In this document: one piece after another, positions 8,931-18,332 of the stretch
Numbering within the stretch: the first letter of the stretch is position 1
Layout: each line of letters opens with the position of its first letter
DNA from: a virus
Lineage: Duplodnaviria; Heunggongvirae; Uroviricota; Caudoviricetes
DNA: 34,527 nucleotides
Strand: one strand, 5' to 3'
IMG/VR virus record: IMGVR_UViG_2667527789_000014
Translations under genes and position numbers: made by a program
The notes under the pieces: model-generated
Database searches by the model: none
What the model saw: only the letters and a program-made list of their open reading frames with translations
What the model was told of the DNA's origin: nothing

Positions 8931-10107
8931 TGACCACCTCCACTGTCAGGGATTCGAGCCGTGGCACGGCCAGATCGCTGATGATGTCTTCCAGTGAAAA
9001 CTGAACCGAAGCTACCACCGGGAAGGTCTGATGAATTTCCTTGCCCAGTGTGGAAAACGAAAAGCGCGAATAGGGCCAGACTTTTTTCACATTAAAGCGG
9101 GCGTTCTCCCGGAAAGCGCAGCGTATCAGGTCGCCGATATCCTGCTTCAGCCCTTCCGCGCCGTCCGGTGGCAGGGTGGTTGAACTTCTGATGTATACGG
9201 TGACGTCCAGACGGTGACGCGTCTCCGGCATGGCGAAACACTGCAAATCATCCCCGTGTCCGTGGTGCCCCTCTTCGTTGATGTAGCGGTTGACTGCTTC
9301 AATGAAAGGGGCAGAGGCCTCGCCGCTGTCCAGTAACAGGTAGGCGTTGGCCGTTCCCGGTCCTCTCGGGGCGTCGTGCTGAAAGTAGATCCGGTCGATG
9401 CTCAGGCCCGCCACGCTGGCGATAAGTCCCCGGTAGACGGCGTCCGTGTGGTAACTGCTCACGAGGTTAAACTGGTTGCGTATTCTGTCGCGCAGTTCGT
9501 CGTCGCTTTCCTCATCGGCACCCGGTACGGTCAGCCAGTCTTCCCGGTTCACCACGGATGCAATGCCGGGAATGGCAACGGGAAGGATACGGAAGTACCC
9601 CGGCGCGAGGTTGTGCCCGCTGCCTTCGGTGGTGGCTTCCACGGGAACGGATGCGCCGCTTTTACCGCTGCTGATAAGCGTTTCTTCCGTGACGGTCATG
9701 CTGTATATCACGCCGTTAATTCTGGCGGTCTGGACGATGGTGCCTTCGGGGATGAGGACGTCATCATTTGCCCTGGTTTTGGCAAACCAGATCACGCCAC
9801 TGGCCTTACTGGCCGGTTTTGGGGTGATGTTGACGTCGTGCGCATGAAGCAGAAGAAGTGACCGGTCAGCCGTGGCGACAAACATACCGGGCAGCACAAC
9901 GTCAACCAGCGCATCACGCAGCCACTGAACGGGTCGTATGACAATGGTCAGAATGAGCCGCCAGAAGGGACTCATGGGCGAGGTGTTGGTGATGAGTCCG
10001 GTTTTCTGTGCATCCTCATGAAAGAGGGTGGCGATCTCTTCTTCTGTTTCCGGCATACCGCTTTCACGGAATACCTGATTAAAATCAACGTCCGGTTTCC
10101 CTTTCAT
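8923..10107 (-). CDS. baseplate J-like protein (P2 gpJ / Mu gp47 family)
   Basis: 394 aa. The stretch VPVEATTEGSGHNLAPG resembles the Baseplate_J signature. Position upstream of I-like and fibre genes fits. Confidence 0.6.
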   Translation of the reverse strand: MKGKPDVDFNQVFRESGMPETEEEIATLFHEDAQKTGLITNTSPMSPFWRLILTIVIRPVQWLRDALVDVVLPGMFVATADRSLLLLHAHDVNITPKPASKASGVIWFAKTRANDDVLIPEGTIVQTARINGVIYSMTVTEETLISSGKSGASVPVEATTEGSGHNLAPGYFRILPVAIPGIASVVNREDWLTVPGADEESDDELRDRIRNQFNLVSSYHTDAVYRGLIASVAGLSIDRIYFQHDAPRGPGTANAYLLLDSGEASAPFIEAVNRYINEEGHHGHGDDLQCFAMPETRHRLDVTVYIRSSTTLPPDGAEGLKQDIGDLIRCAFRENARFNVKKVWPYSRFSFSTLGKEIHQTFPVVASVQFSLEDIISDLAVPRLESLTVEVVIE

Positions 10108-10456
10108 AGTTCACCCTGGTGTTTATGCGTCCAAAATCCTGTGTCTCTGCCGTCACATGCAGCCTGCCCGGTGCCTCTTCGTTAATGAACACCGTCCCCG
10201 GAACCAGCCGTTCATCATCCTCAACCAGGAGGATAAGCCGGGTAATGATGTCGCTGCGCAGCGTCGGGCTGCGTTCGCCGATAAGCAGGGCGGCGATCCC
10301 GCTTTCGATAATGCTGTGCACCACGTCCTGGCCGATGCTGACCCGGTTATCACATCGCTGTGGCTCGTTGCCGCTGTTCAGCGTAAAACTGCCGTCAGTG
10401 ATAAGCAGGTCGATGTAAAGCGATGGCGTGTTCATCCCGCGTAAAGCTCCGTCCAT
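10085..10456 (-). CDS. small baseplate protein (gpW/gp25-like or Mu gp46-like)
   Basis: 123 aa ORF immediately upstream of the J-like gene and overlapping the tape measure 3' end. Assigned by position only. Confidence 0.4.
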   Translation of the reverse strand: MDGALRGMNTPSLYIDLLITDGSFTLNSGNEPQRCDNRVSIGQDVVHSIIESGIAALLIGERSPTLRSDIITRLILLVEDDERLVPGTVFINEEAPGRLHVTAETQDFGRINTRVNYERETGR

Positions 10457-12618
10457 TCATCCAGTTGCCCCGGCGTCATCGGGTTCTGCGTGTTGATTGT
10501 CAGATTGCCGAACGTCCGGCTGTTGTCGATACGGGTTGAGGTGTCCGTGCGTATCTGGTTGCGTATGCCTCCGGGTGGCAGCTCTGCGCTGATGCGGTTG
10601 CCTGCCAGTGCCGGGACGGCGGTTTCTGCAATCTGCGGAGGTACGGTGCTGCCTGTTGCGCCCCGCGTCATGGTGTTCACCTGCTCCGTGGGCTTCATGT
10701 CGATACTGATACCGGGGATTTTGTTCAGCTTTTCCGCAAGCCAGTTCCACGTCCGGTTAAACGAGTTTTTAATGACGTTCCATAAGTCCCCGAAGACGTT
10801 ACCGATGATCCCCGCCATTTTCCGGAAGGATTCGACCGGGGCGGTCGGGTCAAATGCAGCCACCACGTCCTGCCACCCTCTGATGACGATGGCGAAGATG
10901 TCGATCAGGGTTCTGATCACGCTGATAACCACCTCCAGCGCGGGGGATATCATGCTTACCGCTGCGGCCACCACGCGACCGCATGTTTCCCCGGCACGGG
11001 TGACGCTGTTCATCTGTCCCGTGGTCAGCTGTACCGGTGCAAACAGATCGGAGAAGGCACTGAACAGTGTTTTTATGCCCTGCCATACCGGGGCCAGCGC
11101 CCGGGCAATGTCACCGAACGCGGCAGTCACCGGGCTCATGGCGTCCAGTGCGCTGGTAAAACCATCAATAAAGCCGCGAATAAAGGCTTTGATGGGCTGC
11201 CAGAACTTAATGGCCACCACCACCAGAGCAGCGATGGCGGCGGCAACCAGGAGGACCGGGGCGCTCATGGTCAGAAACGACACGCCCGCCAGACGCGCGG
11301 CAAGACTGGTGGCAATGATGGCACTGCGTACTTTTGTGAGTGCAAGCGTGTACAGACTCCAGGCTGCCCTGGCGCCCTTTATGATGGCCTTATGGCCTTC
11401 CATGATGAAGCTGAACACACCCAGCACGATGTTCGTGACCGCACCGGCTGCGCCCAGCGCCAGCATGGTCAGCGTGATGTAACCCAGCCAGCGGGCGATG
11501 TTCGGGAACATGTTCAGCCAGCGCACGAACGTCGCGCCGATATCGGCAAAACGGCCAGCCAGTGGTGCGAGAATGGGGTAGAGGGCGTTACCGATGGCGG
11601 CCCGGATGTTGTAGAAGGAGGCCACAAGGCGGTCCCACGGGTCAGTCATGGCTTCCGCCATTTCCGTGGCACGCTTCATGCCGTCATTACGCCCCAGCGC
11701 TGATATGCTCCGGTTAAGCATTTCCTGCTGTCCCCAGAGTTTTTTAATCACGTCCGCGCCACTGCCGAAGGCGTCATCCAGCGCCTGTTGTGCCGCCACG
11801 TTACCCTCAATGTTCCTGCCGAACTTCGCCTGCAGACGGTCGAGGATGTCACCCATGGGTAAAATCTTCCCGGTGGCATCGACAAAACTCATCCCCATTT
11901 TTTGTGCGGCAGCGGGGGCACTGCGCAGGAACTCCTCATAGATGCCCGATGCCTCGGTACCCATGGTCCGTGACAGGGTGCCCAGTATGGCAAACTGCTC
12001 TGCCATGCTGACGCCAAAATCCGCGCCCGCGTTTTTGGTGCCCTCAATAAGCTCCTGCATGGTGCTCATTTCCACACCGAACTGCTGAACCATCCACGCT
12101 GTTTTACCTGCCAGATCTTCAGCAAACCCCACGGCACCCATGGCAGAAAACTCACTGCGGAAACGGGCACCCATGGCGGCAAGGTAGCCGCTCGCCTCTT
12201 CGCTGCTGACGCGGGCAGCCACGGCCAGGGTACTGGTTGCTGCCGTCACACGGGGTAAATCCCCGTCGCTCAGCCCGTCCAGTGCGCCGCGAATATGCCA
12301 TGCGGAACGGATGATCTCCGTGGAAGACTGACCGAATGCGGTCCCCAGTTTCATGGCCTGCGTGGTGAGGGCGGTCAGCGCCTGCGCTCCTACGCCTTTG
12401 GCCTCAAGCTCGCCCAGCGCCTTCTGCATCTCCCACGCCGGATCCATCGCGGCACGGATACCTTCAGCCACGCCCCACAGTCCGGCCACACCCACACCGA
12501 TACGCGCGAACGCGCCCTGCGAGCGTTCGGCGAATCCCGTCACGGATTCCTGAACCTGCCGCAGCGGGCGGGTAAGCTGGTCTGTCAGATTGATAATGAA
12601 ATCCAGCTGGCTGGCCAT
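10432..12618 (-). CDS. tail tape measure protein
   Basis: 728 aa, Ala/Gly-rich with predicted hydrophobic segments. Sits directly downstream of the frameshifting chaperone gene as in gpG/GT-TMP arrangements. Confidence 0.7.
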   Translation of the reverse strand: MASQLDFIINLTDQLTRPLRQVQESVTGFAERSQGAFARIGVGVAGLWGVAEGIRAAMDPAWEMQKALGELEAKGVGAQALTALTTQAMKLGTAFGQSSTEIIRSAWHIRGALDGLSDGDLPRVTAATSTLAVAARVSSEEASGYLAAMGARFRSEFSAMGAVGFAEDLAGKTAWMVQQFGVEMSTMQELIEGTKNAGADFGVSMAEQFAILGTLSRTMGTEASGIYEEFLRSAPAAAQKMGMSFVDATGKILPMGDILDRLQAKFGRNIEGNVAAQQALDDAFGSGADVIKKLWGQQEMLNRSISALGRNDGMKRATEMAEAMTDPWDRLVASFYNIRAAIGNALYPILAPLAGRFADIGATFVRWLNMFPNIARWLGYITLTMLALGAAGAVTNIVLGVFSFIMEGHKAIIKGARAAWSLYTLALTKVRSAIIATSLAARLAGVSFLTMSAPVLLVAAAIAALVVVAIKFWQPIKAFIRGFIDGFTSALDAMSPVTAAFGDIARALAPVWQGIKTLFSAFSDLFAPVQLTTGQMNSVTRAGETCGRVVAAAVSMISPALEVVISVIRTLIDIFAIVIRGWQDVVAAFDPTAPVESFRKMAGIIGNVFGDLWNVIKNSFNRTWNWLAEKLNKIPGISIDMKPTEQVNTMTRGATGSTVPPQIAETAVPALAGNRISAELPPGGIRNQIRTDTSTRIDNSRTFGNLTINTQNPMTPGQLDEWTELYAG

Positions 12619-12619
12619 G

Positions 12620-12820
12620 TCACCTTCCGTTAAATGCGATCGCTATACCTTCAGCGGTCTTGTTGGCGCGGGTACGGGCAAAATATTCATCCAGCCAGAT
12701 GGCCCGGGCGATGCTCTCTTCGTCGTCCGGCTCGCCGGGGAGGTAGTGACGCCGCAATGCCAGATACTGCTCAAGGGGATTGCGGCGGATGCTTTCGACC
12801 CGCGCGGTCAGTTTTTTAAC
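12620..12820 (-). CDS. -1 frame extension of the tail assembly chaperone (E-prime-like)
   Basis: The -1 frame is open from 12820 to the TGA at 12620-12622. Slippery heptamer A_AAA_AAC at 12811-12817 lies at the last codons of the chaperone ORF. A shift would add 63 residues and end 1 nt before the tape measure ATG. Confidence 0.5.
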   Translation of the reverse strand, partial: VKKLTARVESIRRNPLEQYLALRRHYLPGEPDDEESIARAIWLDEYFARTRANKTAEGIAIAFNGR

Positions 12821-13083
12821 TCAATCTCCAGTTTCGGGGAGTAAACCTCGTTAATCTTCTCGACGATCTGCATCTCACAGCCCGGATAACGCGCAATCAG
12901 GTCAGCCAGTGCGTCGCGGCTGGCAGGCGTCACGATGCGGTTAAGATAGGTGCTCATCGGCGCCACCTTGTTGGTCATCGTGATTTCGTTGATGAGGTTG
13001 TTAAATGCCGTTTTGTTCGGTTCAAAGCTCAGGGTTACGCCCGCAACGGACAGGATGATGGTGCCGGTGTTCTTCGTGGTCAT
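12808..13083 (-). CDS. tail assembly chaperone (P2 gpE-like, 91 aa)
   Basis: 91 aa, the same length as P2 gpE. Immediately upstream of the tape measure gene and ends in a slippery sequence. Confidence 0.6.
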   Translation of the reverse strand: MTTKNTGTIILSVAGVTLSFEPNKTAFNNLINEITMTNKVAPMSTYLNRIVTPASRDALADLIARYPGCEMQIVEKINEVYSPKLEIELKN

Positions 13084-13373
13084 TGCAGTTTCTCCGTGTT
13101 TCGTATGGTTTCCACCAGGCTGTTATGCCTGGCGGCGCATTCGGTGTAGCGGCTCGTGAGGGTTCGCAGTGCCGCATCAAAATCAGCGCCCGTCGGGCCT
13201 GCCAGTCTCGGCAGTGTCTTCGGGCATTCCGTCAGCTGGTTTTCCTGCCAGGGTACGTTCAGCGGCTTCAGCACGGGCGTTGAACAGCCGGACGTAATCA
13301 TCAGTAGCGCACACATTGCGGAATACCGGGCGGACGGTTTCCGTGTGAATAACGCGTTCAGTGTGAATTTCAT
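13080..13373 (-). CDS. o-spanin (Rz1-like outer membrane lipoprotein), start uncertain
   Basis: The ORF overlaps the Rz-like gene in another frame. The internal start at 13316 gives MCALLMITSGC, a short signal peptide with a lipobox-like Cys. Pro-rich mature part. Confidence 0.45.
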   Translation of the reverse strand: MKFTLNALFTRKPSARYSAMCALLMITSGCSTPVLKPLNVPWQENQLTECPKTLPRLAGPTGADFDAALRTLTSRYTECAARHNSLVETIRNTEKLQ

Positions 13374-13569
13374 TGCCCTTTAACGCCTCCAGCCGTTTTT
13401 CCAGTATGCGGGCGGACTGCTGCCCGGCTTCTGTCACCGCACGTCGCGTGGCTTCCATGGCTTCCTGTTCGGCAAGCGCCACCCTGGCGTCATGCCAGTC
13501 ATGGGCCAGCCAGCCTGCCCACATGGCGGCAAAGAGGATCACCAGGCAGCCCGCCAGCTGTTTCATCAT
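13183..13569 (-). CDS. i-spanin (Rz-like)
   Basis: 128 aa with an N-terminal transmembrane helix (LAGCLVILFAAMWAGWLA) and a charged, probably coiled-coil periplasmic region. Overlaps the endolysin stop. Confidence 0.55.
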   Translation of the reverse strand: MMKQLAGCLVILFAAMWAGWLAHDWHDARVALAEQEAMEATRRAVTEAGQQSARILEKRLEALKGNEIHTERVIHTETVRPVFRNVCATDDYVRLFNARAEAAERTLAGKPADGMPEDTAETGRPDGR

Positions 13570-13904
13570 TTCATCCCGTTGTGCTCAAGGCTGAAATGAT
13601 TGCCGTCCGCCCGACTGAAGCGCCCGCCCCATGTGCCGCCGATGGATTCCCAGTATTCCCCCAGCGGCCTGTAGGCGTCGGTGTCGGCCTGGTATTTGCC
13701 GTTAATGAACAGGTTGAAGTCCACCGCGAGGCGCAGCGTGTGAAGGCTGTTACGAATGCCTTTTCCGCTTTTCGCATTCAGTGCGGCCTGCTCCGGCGTG
13801 CGGTATGCCTCGCCGAAGGTCAGGCGATAGCCGTGCTCCTGTGCCCAGTGGATGAGATCGGCAATCATGACGGCAAACAGTTGTTGTTTTTCGCTCAGTT
13901 TCAT
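13566..13904 (-). CDS. endolysin, peptidase M15-like
   Basis: 112 aa. The H...D...H arrangement (NSLHTLRLAVDFNLF ... GNHFSLEH) resembles zinc-dependent M15 peptidases. Sits between the holin and spanins. Confidence 0.6.
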   Translation of the reverse strand: MKLSEKQQLFAVMIADLIHWAQEHGYRLTFGEAYRTPEQAALNAKSGKGIRNSLHTLRLAVDFNLFINGKYQADTDAYRPLGEYWESIGGTWGGRFSRADGNHFSLEHNGMK

Positions 13905-14655
13905 CAGTCATTCCTCTGTTCCGTCCCCGTAAGGCGCGCCTGTGCCACGCTGAAATAGTGGGCGTTCAGTTCAATACCCGTAAAACGGCAGCCCCGGCGA
14001 AGGGCGGCCACGCCCGTGGTGCCGGACCCCATAAACGGATCAAGGATCAGCCCTCCGGGTTCACACACGCGCACAAGCTCATCCATCAACGATTCCGGTT
14101 TACCTGTCGGGTGCTGTTTCTCCTGTGGGCGTGTGTGGTGCGTGATGCAGCCGTCGAACGGCCCTGAAGGGGATTTGCCCAGTGCGCCTTTGCTGCCCAG
14201 ACCACATATTCGCACTGGTGACGAAAATAACCGGTATGTGGTGTTCTTGAGCCCCGTCCCTTGTTCCATGCCACGATCCCCCGCCAGGTAAAACCGGCGG
14301 CCTGGAATGCGTCCGTCAGCGCGGGCAACTGCCGCCAGTCGGTGAAGACCAGGGCGTAACCACCGGGTCGTACCGTGCGCCATGCCTGTGTCATCCACAG
14401 ATGCGTCCAGTATTCCCATGAACGGGCGTCCATGTTCTCGCCTTCGAAGCCTTCAAAGCGGTGAAGATCTTCATCGTTGATGTATTTGGCGTGGCTGCCC
14501 TGGCATGTCCGCCCCGCCTTGTGTGTGGCACCTGAACTGTATGGCGGGTCTGTGATGAGCGCGTCCACACTGTTTTCCGGCAGCATCCGCAGAACGTCAT
14601 GCGCCTGCGCGTGATACAGGCTCAGGGAAGGCGAAATGTAAGGCTTATGGGTCAT
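13904..14655 (-). pseudogene. DNA N6-adenine/N4-cytosine methyltransferase (beta-class), interrupted by a frameshift
   Basis: Motif IV DPPY is in the frame of ORF 14086-14655. Motif I (DPFMGSGTT) and HPTGKPE are in a different frame, ORF 13904-14419, on the same strand. The two frames overlap over 14086-14419. The junction is probably near the GGG run at 14196-14198. Confidence 0.6.
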
Positions 14656-14950
14656 TTCTGCGTTCCTTCTGCTTCAGGTAGCGGTCTGCCAGACGGCAAA
14701 AGCATTCTTCAATAAAGGCGCTGCCCATAATGCCCAGCGCGCACGCCAGACCGACCACTACCAGCTCCGGCATGTCCGGAAATTTAAACAGCGGAATGGC
14801 GGCAACCGGTGCCACGGCAGAGCCCATAATCATTCGCCCGATAAGCAGACGGGCTGTGATGCGATCGCGGCTCACCATGAGACGCCCCAGCCCGATGGCA
14901 GCACCGATGATAATCAGTTTTGCCAGGAGTGAAGTCTGACCGTCCGGCAT
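14645..14950 (-). CDS. holin
   Basis: 101 aa with two to three hydrophobic helices and a charged C-terminus. First gene of the lysis cassette. Overlaps the methyltransferase start. Confidence 0.5.
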   Translation of the reverse strand: MPDGQTSLLAKLIIIGAAIGLGRLMVSRDRITARLLIGRMIMGSAVAPVAAIPLFKFPDMPELVVVGLACALGIMGSAFIEECFCRLADRYLKQKERRNDP

Positions 14951-14954
14951 GGCA

Positions 14955-15416
14955 TCACCCCTTCAGATCGCGGGTGTCACGGGCTGACAGGTAGGGCACG
15001 CCGTCAATGCTGATAAAGTCCGGGCTTGTGACCATGAACTTGATTTTTTTCGTGGTCTTTCCGGCTTCACCTGCGCTGATGTTCACCACGTCCGACAACA
15101 TGGGGACGCAGCCGAACACCTCGATTTTTTCCTCCTCGCTGCCGTTGTTGGCATAAAAGAGAAAATCCTTTTCAGGAATAGCACGCCACGACCCCGCAGA
15201 GCGGGCCACGGCACCAAACTTTTTAAAGTTCTGCGCGTCGACTTCCACCTCCACATCGGCAGAAACAGAACCACGGGTGTAGCCGTTCGGCACGCCGCGC
15301 GTCTGTGCCACGGCGCTGTTGTCGGTGATGGTGACGGTGGCGCTTTCCACGTGGATCATGATCCCGTCGTAGTTGATATCAAACGCGCCGCCGCTGATAC
15401 GTTCATTTCCGGCCAT
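14955..15416 (-). CDS. tail tube protein
   Basis: Immediately downstream of the sheath gene. Start chosen at 15416 (MAGNERISGG), 1 nt after the sheath stop, with GGAGA 6 nt upstream. The track ORF starts at 15446. Confidence 0.6.
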   Translation of the reverse strand: MAGNERISGGAFDINYDGIMIHVESATVTITDNSAVAQTRGVPNGYTRGSVSADVEVEVDAQNFKKFGAVARSAGSWRAIPEKDFLFYANNGSEEEKIEVFGCVPMLSDVVNISAGEAGKTTKKIKFMVTSPDFISIDGVPYLSARDTRDLKG

Positions 15417-15417
15417 G

Positions 15418-16563
15418 TCAGATCTCCAGTGCTGTGTCGAGTTCAATACTTACGCCAATGGCTTTTGCGCTCTCGTAGGGGCGTACCACAATGTAAATCT
15501 GCACGTGTGTACTGCTGGTCCAGACGATGGTGATATCCCCGTCCTGTGGCGGTTTAACCTCGCCGGGGAACGGTACGCCGTTAATCTCCGTGGCGAGCGC
15601 CATTTCACGCAGCGTGCGGCTGAAATATGTCTGGCTGGCGGCAATGCTGCCCGGTGTGCTGTTGAGTGCGCGATCCGCAAGGCGGGCAATGGCGCGCAGA
15701 CGTACACGGCGGGAGACTTTATCCACCACGCGCACGTTTTCGATGACCTGGTAATCTCCCCCCTCCACATCAAGGGTGCGTCCGTCTGACCAGTAGAGCC
15801 CGTCGAAATCGTGATACCACATGGGCACGCTGAAGCGTTTGCCTTCCAGCGAGCGCAGCGTGGCCAGCTCAAGGGGCTGTTTCTTGCCGTCCTGCGGGAT
15901 CTCATCGTTACCCATCGCCACCAGGGCACCGGTTGCCACACGTGCCGGACTGTCCGCAACGGTGACGGAAGGATTACAGAGACGGCCCGCCAGTACGCCG
16001 GGCTCATTTCCCCATAAGCGGGGAACCACCATCACGCCAGGTGCTGCCACGCCGTCCTGTATGGCACTGATGCGGGTGACGTATGCCGCCCATGCCTCAT
16101 CCTTGCCCGGTCCGGCCACGCACAGCATGAACCAGACAAAACGGCCATAAGCGGACTGAAGCAGGGCGCGGGTTTCGGTGGCGCGGTTAACGGCATCTCT
16201 GGCCGTGATGTCAATGGCAATCACCACGCCCTCGGCAGAGGCGATGGTCTGCGCTTTTTTCACCGCATCCACCCATGCGGCGTTAGCGTCGCCGCCCTCC
16301 GGTGCCGGGGGTTTGGGTTCAGACAGAACGTGAACATAGGCAAACCAGTTCTGGCCACCGTTGGCGATTGCGGCGGTAAGCGTGGATTTAAGCAGGCTTT
16401 CATCCGGTCCCAGCACGTCGTCCAGGTCGGTCTCAGGGGAGACGGAAAGGGTGTTACCTGTGTTCTTTTTGCCATAGCCCACAAAAAGCAGCGTGCGCTC
16501 CACTTCACGGGTGGCACCGTTGAAACGGTTCTGATGGCTTACGGTTACATTCGGCCAGCTCAC
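15418..16563 (-). CDS. contractile tail sheath protein
   Basis: 381 aa. Size and position upstream of the tube gene are typical of sheath proteins. Confidence 0.7.
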   Translation of the reverse strand: MSWPNVTVSHQNRFNGATREVERTLLFVGYGKKNTGNTLSVSPETDLDDVLGPDESLLKSTLTAAIANGGQNWFAYVHVLSEPKPPAPEGGDANAAWVDAVKKAQTIASAEGVVIAIDITARDAVNRATETRALLQSAYGRFVWFMLCVAGPGKDEAWAAYVTRISAIQDGVAAPGVMVVPRLWGNEPGVLAGRLCNPSVTVADSPARVATGALVAMGNDEIPQDGKKQPLELATLRSLEGKRFSVPMWYHDFDGLYWSDGRTLDVEGGDYQVIENVRVVDKVSRRVRLRAIARLADRALNSTPGSIAASQTYFSRTLREMALATEINGVPFPGEVKPPQDGDITIVWTSSTHVQIYIVVRPYESAKAIGVSIELDTALEI

Positions 16564-16574
16564 GGTGTGACTCC

Positions 16575-17285
16575 TTATCTGATATCCTGTGCGTCAACGT
16601 CCAGGCCGTAGCCCATTGCGTTCATCTGGCGTGCCAGGATGTGTGAAAATTCTTCGTTTGTTACCCCCAGAAAGACGCGCGACGGAAGGGTAATGGTCCA
16701 TGTCCGGGCCTTCTGCTGGCGTGGTCCGGCGATAATCTGATCTTCCATAATGGTGATCAGCAACCCGGCCTGCGCCCGCGAAAGCGTTAACAGGTATTTC
16801 ATGGATGCTTTCCGCCAGCGCCCCTTCTGACGTACCTTAAAGCCCAGCTCCCGCAGTCGTTTTGCCTGTCGGCGGGTGGCGGTCTGCCCGCTCTGGTCCT
16901 GACCGCTGAAGCTGTCAGCACTGACCCGGATTTCTGCGCCGTTGTGGTGAACCCAGCCCACGGCACCGGCACTGATGCGGCTCCTGCCACTGGTGTGATT
17001 GCCGTTACGGAAATAAACCTTTACGGCATCCTGTCCGGGCATCTCACGGACCGCCAGAAGACGCGGCAGCTTTCTGAACATTTTCCCCTTACCGCGTTTC
17101 CTGGGTGCCCATGCTGTACCGTCCGGTGCGGCCTGATCGCGCTGATGGCGTCTGGCAGCGGCGATAATGCCGTGCCGGGCAATACGCCATAACAGGCGAC
17201 GGCGTTTTTTTGGTGGCAGATCCAGCGACTGAAGCATCGCCTGCGCTTCTGCCAGCTGCTGCGGGTTCAGCTGGCCGCTTATCAT
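16575..17285 (-). CDS. virion morphogenesis / tail completion protein (gpS-like)
   Basis: 236 aa, basic. Sits between the R-like gene and the sheath gene. Assigned by position. Confidence 0.45.
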   Translation of the reverse strand: MISGQLNPQQLAEAQAMLQSLDLPPKKRRRLLWRIARHGIIAAARRHQRDQAAPDGTAWAPRKRGKGKMFRKLPRLLAVREMPGQDAVKVYFRNGNHTSGRSRISAGAVGWVHHNGAEIRVSADSFSGQDQSGQTATRRQAKRLRELGFKVRQKGRWRKASMKYLLTLSRAQAGLLITIMEDQIIAGPRQQKARTWTITLPSRVFLGVTNEEFSHILARQMNAMGYGLDVDAQDIR

Positions 17286-17755
17286 TCGCGGCTCCTGCTG
17301 ACAAACAGATCCATGGTTTCCGCCGTCCAGATTTCAGGGTTAACCAGTGTCCAGCGTTTCCCCCTGTACGGAACGGGGCCGTCTTCCTGCACCCGGATGA
17401 TCAGCGGGTCAGCCAGTCCCACCGTGATATCGAGAAGGCACGAGTCCTCATCGTTAAACTGCGGGTCGACGTTCACATCCTCCGGGCGGAATTCCTCCCT
17501 CAGCGGGTCCGCGTGCTCTTCCAGCCAGGCCATGACCAGCGCGTAAACCAGCCCCGGTGAGTATTTGCGGAACGGGAAGTTATCCCATGCAATCACGCCG
17601 GTGTACGTCATCACGCCCATGCGGATCTGGTCGTTACCCAGCGCCTTCTGACTGCGGATAAGCTGCGCGTCTTCCTGACTGCTCATGAAGAACTGCATGG
17701 CGTCAGGCGGCAGATTTTCGGTAATGAAGGCGGTCAGGCTTTCCAGCTGGTTCAT
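17282..17755 (-). CDS. tail completion protein (P2 gpR-like)
   Basis: 157 aa. The LVMAWLEEHADPL region resembles the gpR family by eye. Confidence 0.45.
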   Translation of the reverse strand: MNQLESLTAFITENLPPDAMQFFMSSQEDAQLIRSQKALGNDQIRMGVMTYTGVIAWDNFPFRKYSPGLVYALVMAWLEEHADPLREEFRPEDVNVDPQFNDEDSCLLDITVGLADPLIIRVQEDGPVPYRGKRWTLVNPEIWTAETMDLFVSRSRE

Positions 17756-18276
17756 ATGATGTGCACTCCCGCGCGTCTGTGCCCCAGCATGTTACGCATG
17801 ACCAGCGAGGCTTCAGCCAGTAAGGTGGCGCGTGTGTCCTCGCTTTCCTGCCCCGGATAGGTTTCACGGCGACCAATGGTGGCGAACTCGCCCATAAGAT
17901 CGGCCTTGGCACGGGCATAAACGGCCTTTTTGTACTGTGCGACCAGCTGGGTTTCATCGCCCAGCCTGGCCCCTGGTACGTCTGCGGCGCGTTCATGCCC
18001 CTGCGCCTTCCAGTGCGCCACAACCGGCGCCAGCGTGGTGTTCACCTCGGCCACTGCGGCAAGCAGCGCCATGGCCGCCGTGTCGTCGGGTAAATCAGCC
18101 GGAAGCGTGCGTGACCCCTGAAGCTCAGCCAGATCAAGGTCCGGCCAGAACGGCTCGCCGTTTGTCACCGTCTGCGGTGTGGATTTCAGCGGTTTACCGC
18201 TGACGCTGAAGCTCGGTTCGCTCATGACGTGCCTCATATGAATAAAAAGGCGGGCTGTCCGGGATTCCACGGCCAT
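17752..18276 (-). CDS. head completion/stabilisation protein (P2 gpL-like)
   Basis: 174 aa, directly downstream of the M-like gene as L is in P2. Confidence 0.5.
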   Translation of the reverse strand: MAVESRTARLFIHMRHVMSEPSFSVSGKPLKSTPQTVTNGEPFWPDLDLAELQGSRTLPADLPDDTAAMALLAAVAEVNTTLAPVVAHWKAQGHERAADVPGARLGDETQLVAQYKKAVYARAKADLMGEFATIGRRETYPGQESEDTRATLLAEASLVMRNMLGHRRAGVHII

Positions 18277-18332
18277 ACAGTTTCCGTCACTGATGCCTCC
18301 TCCCGCGCCCGCCCGGCCCTGCGGGTAGTCGT

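Noticed and set aside
10490-11482. Long plus-strand ORF (330 aa) and other large ORFs antisense to structural genes (for example 18983-19921, 25879-26763, 8015-8440)
   Set aside because: They lie entirely inside better-supported genes on the other strand or frame, have low-complexity Arg/Ser/Pro-rich translations, and are the expected by-product of high GC content.
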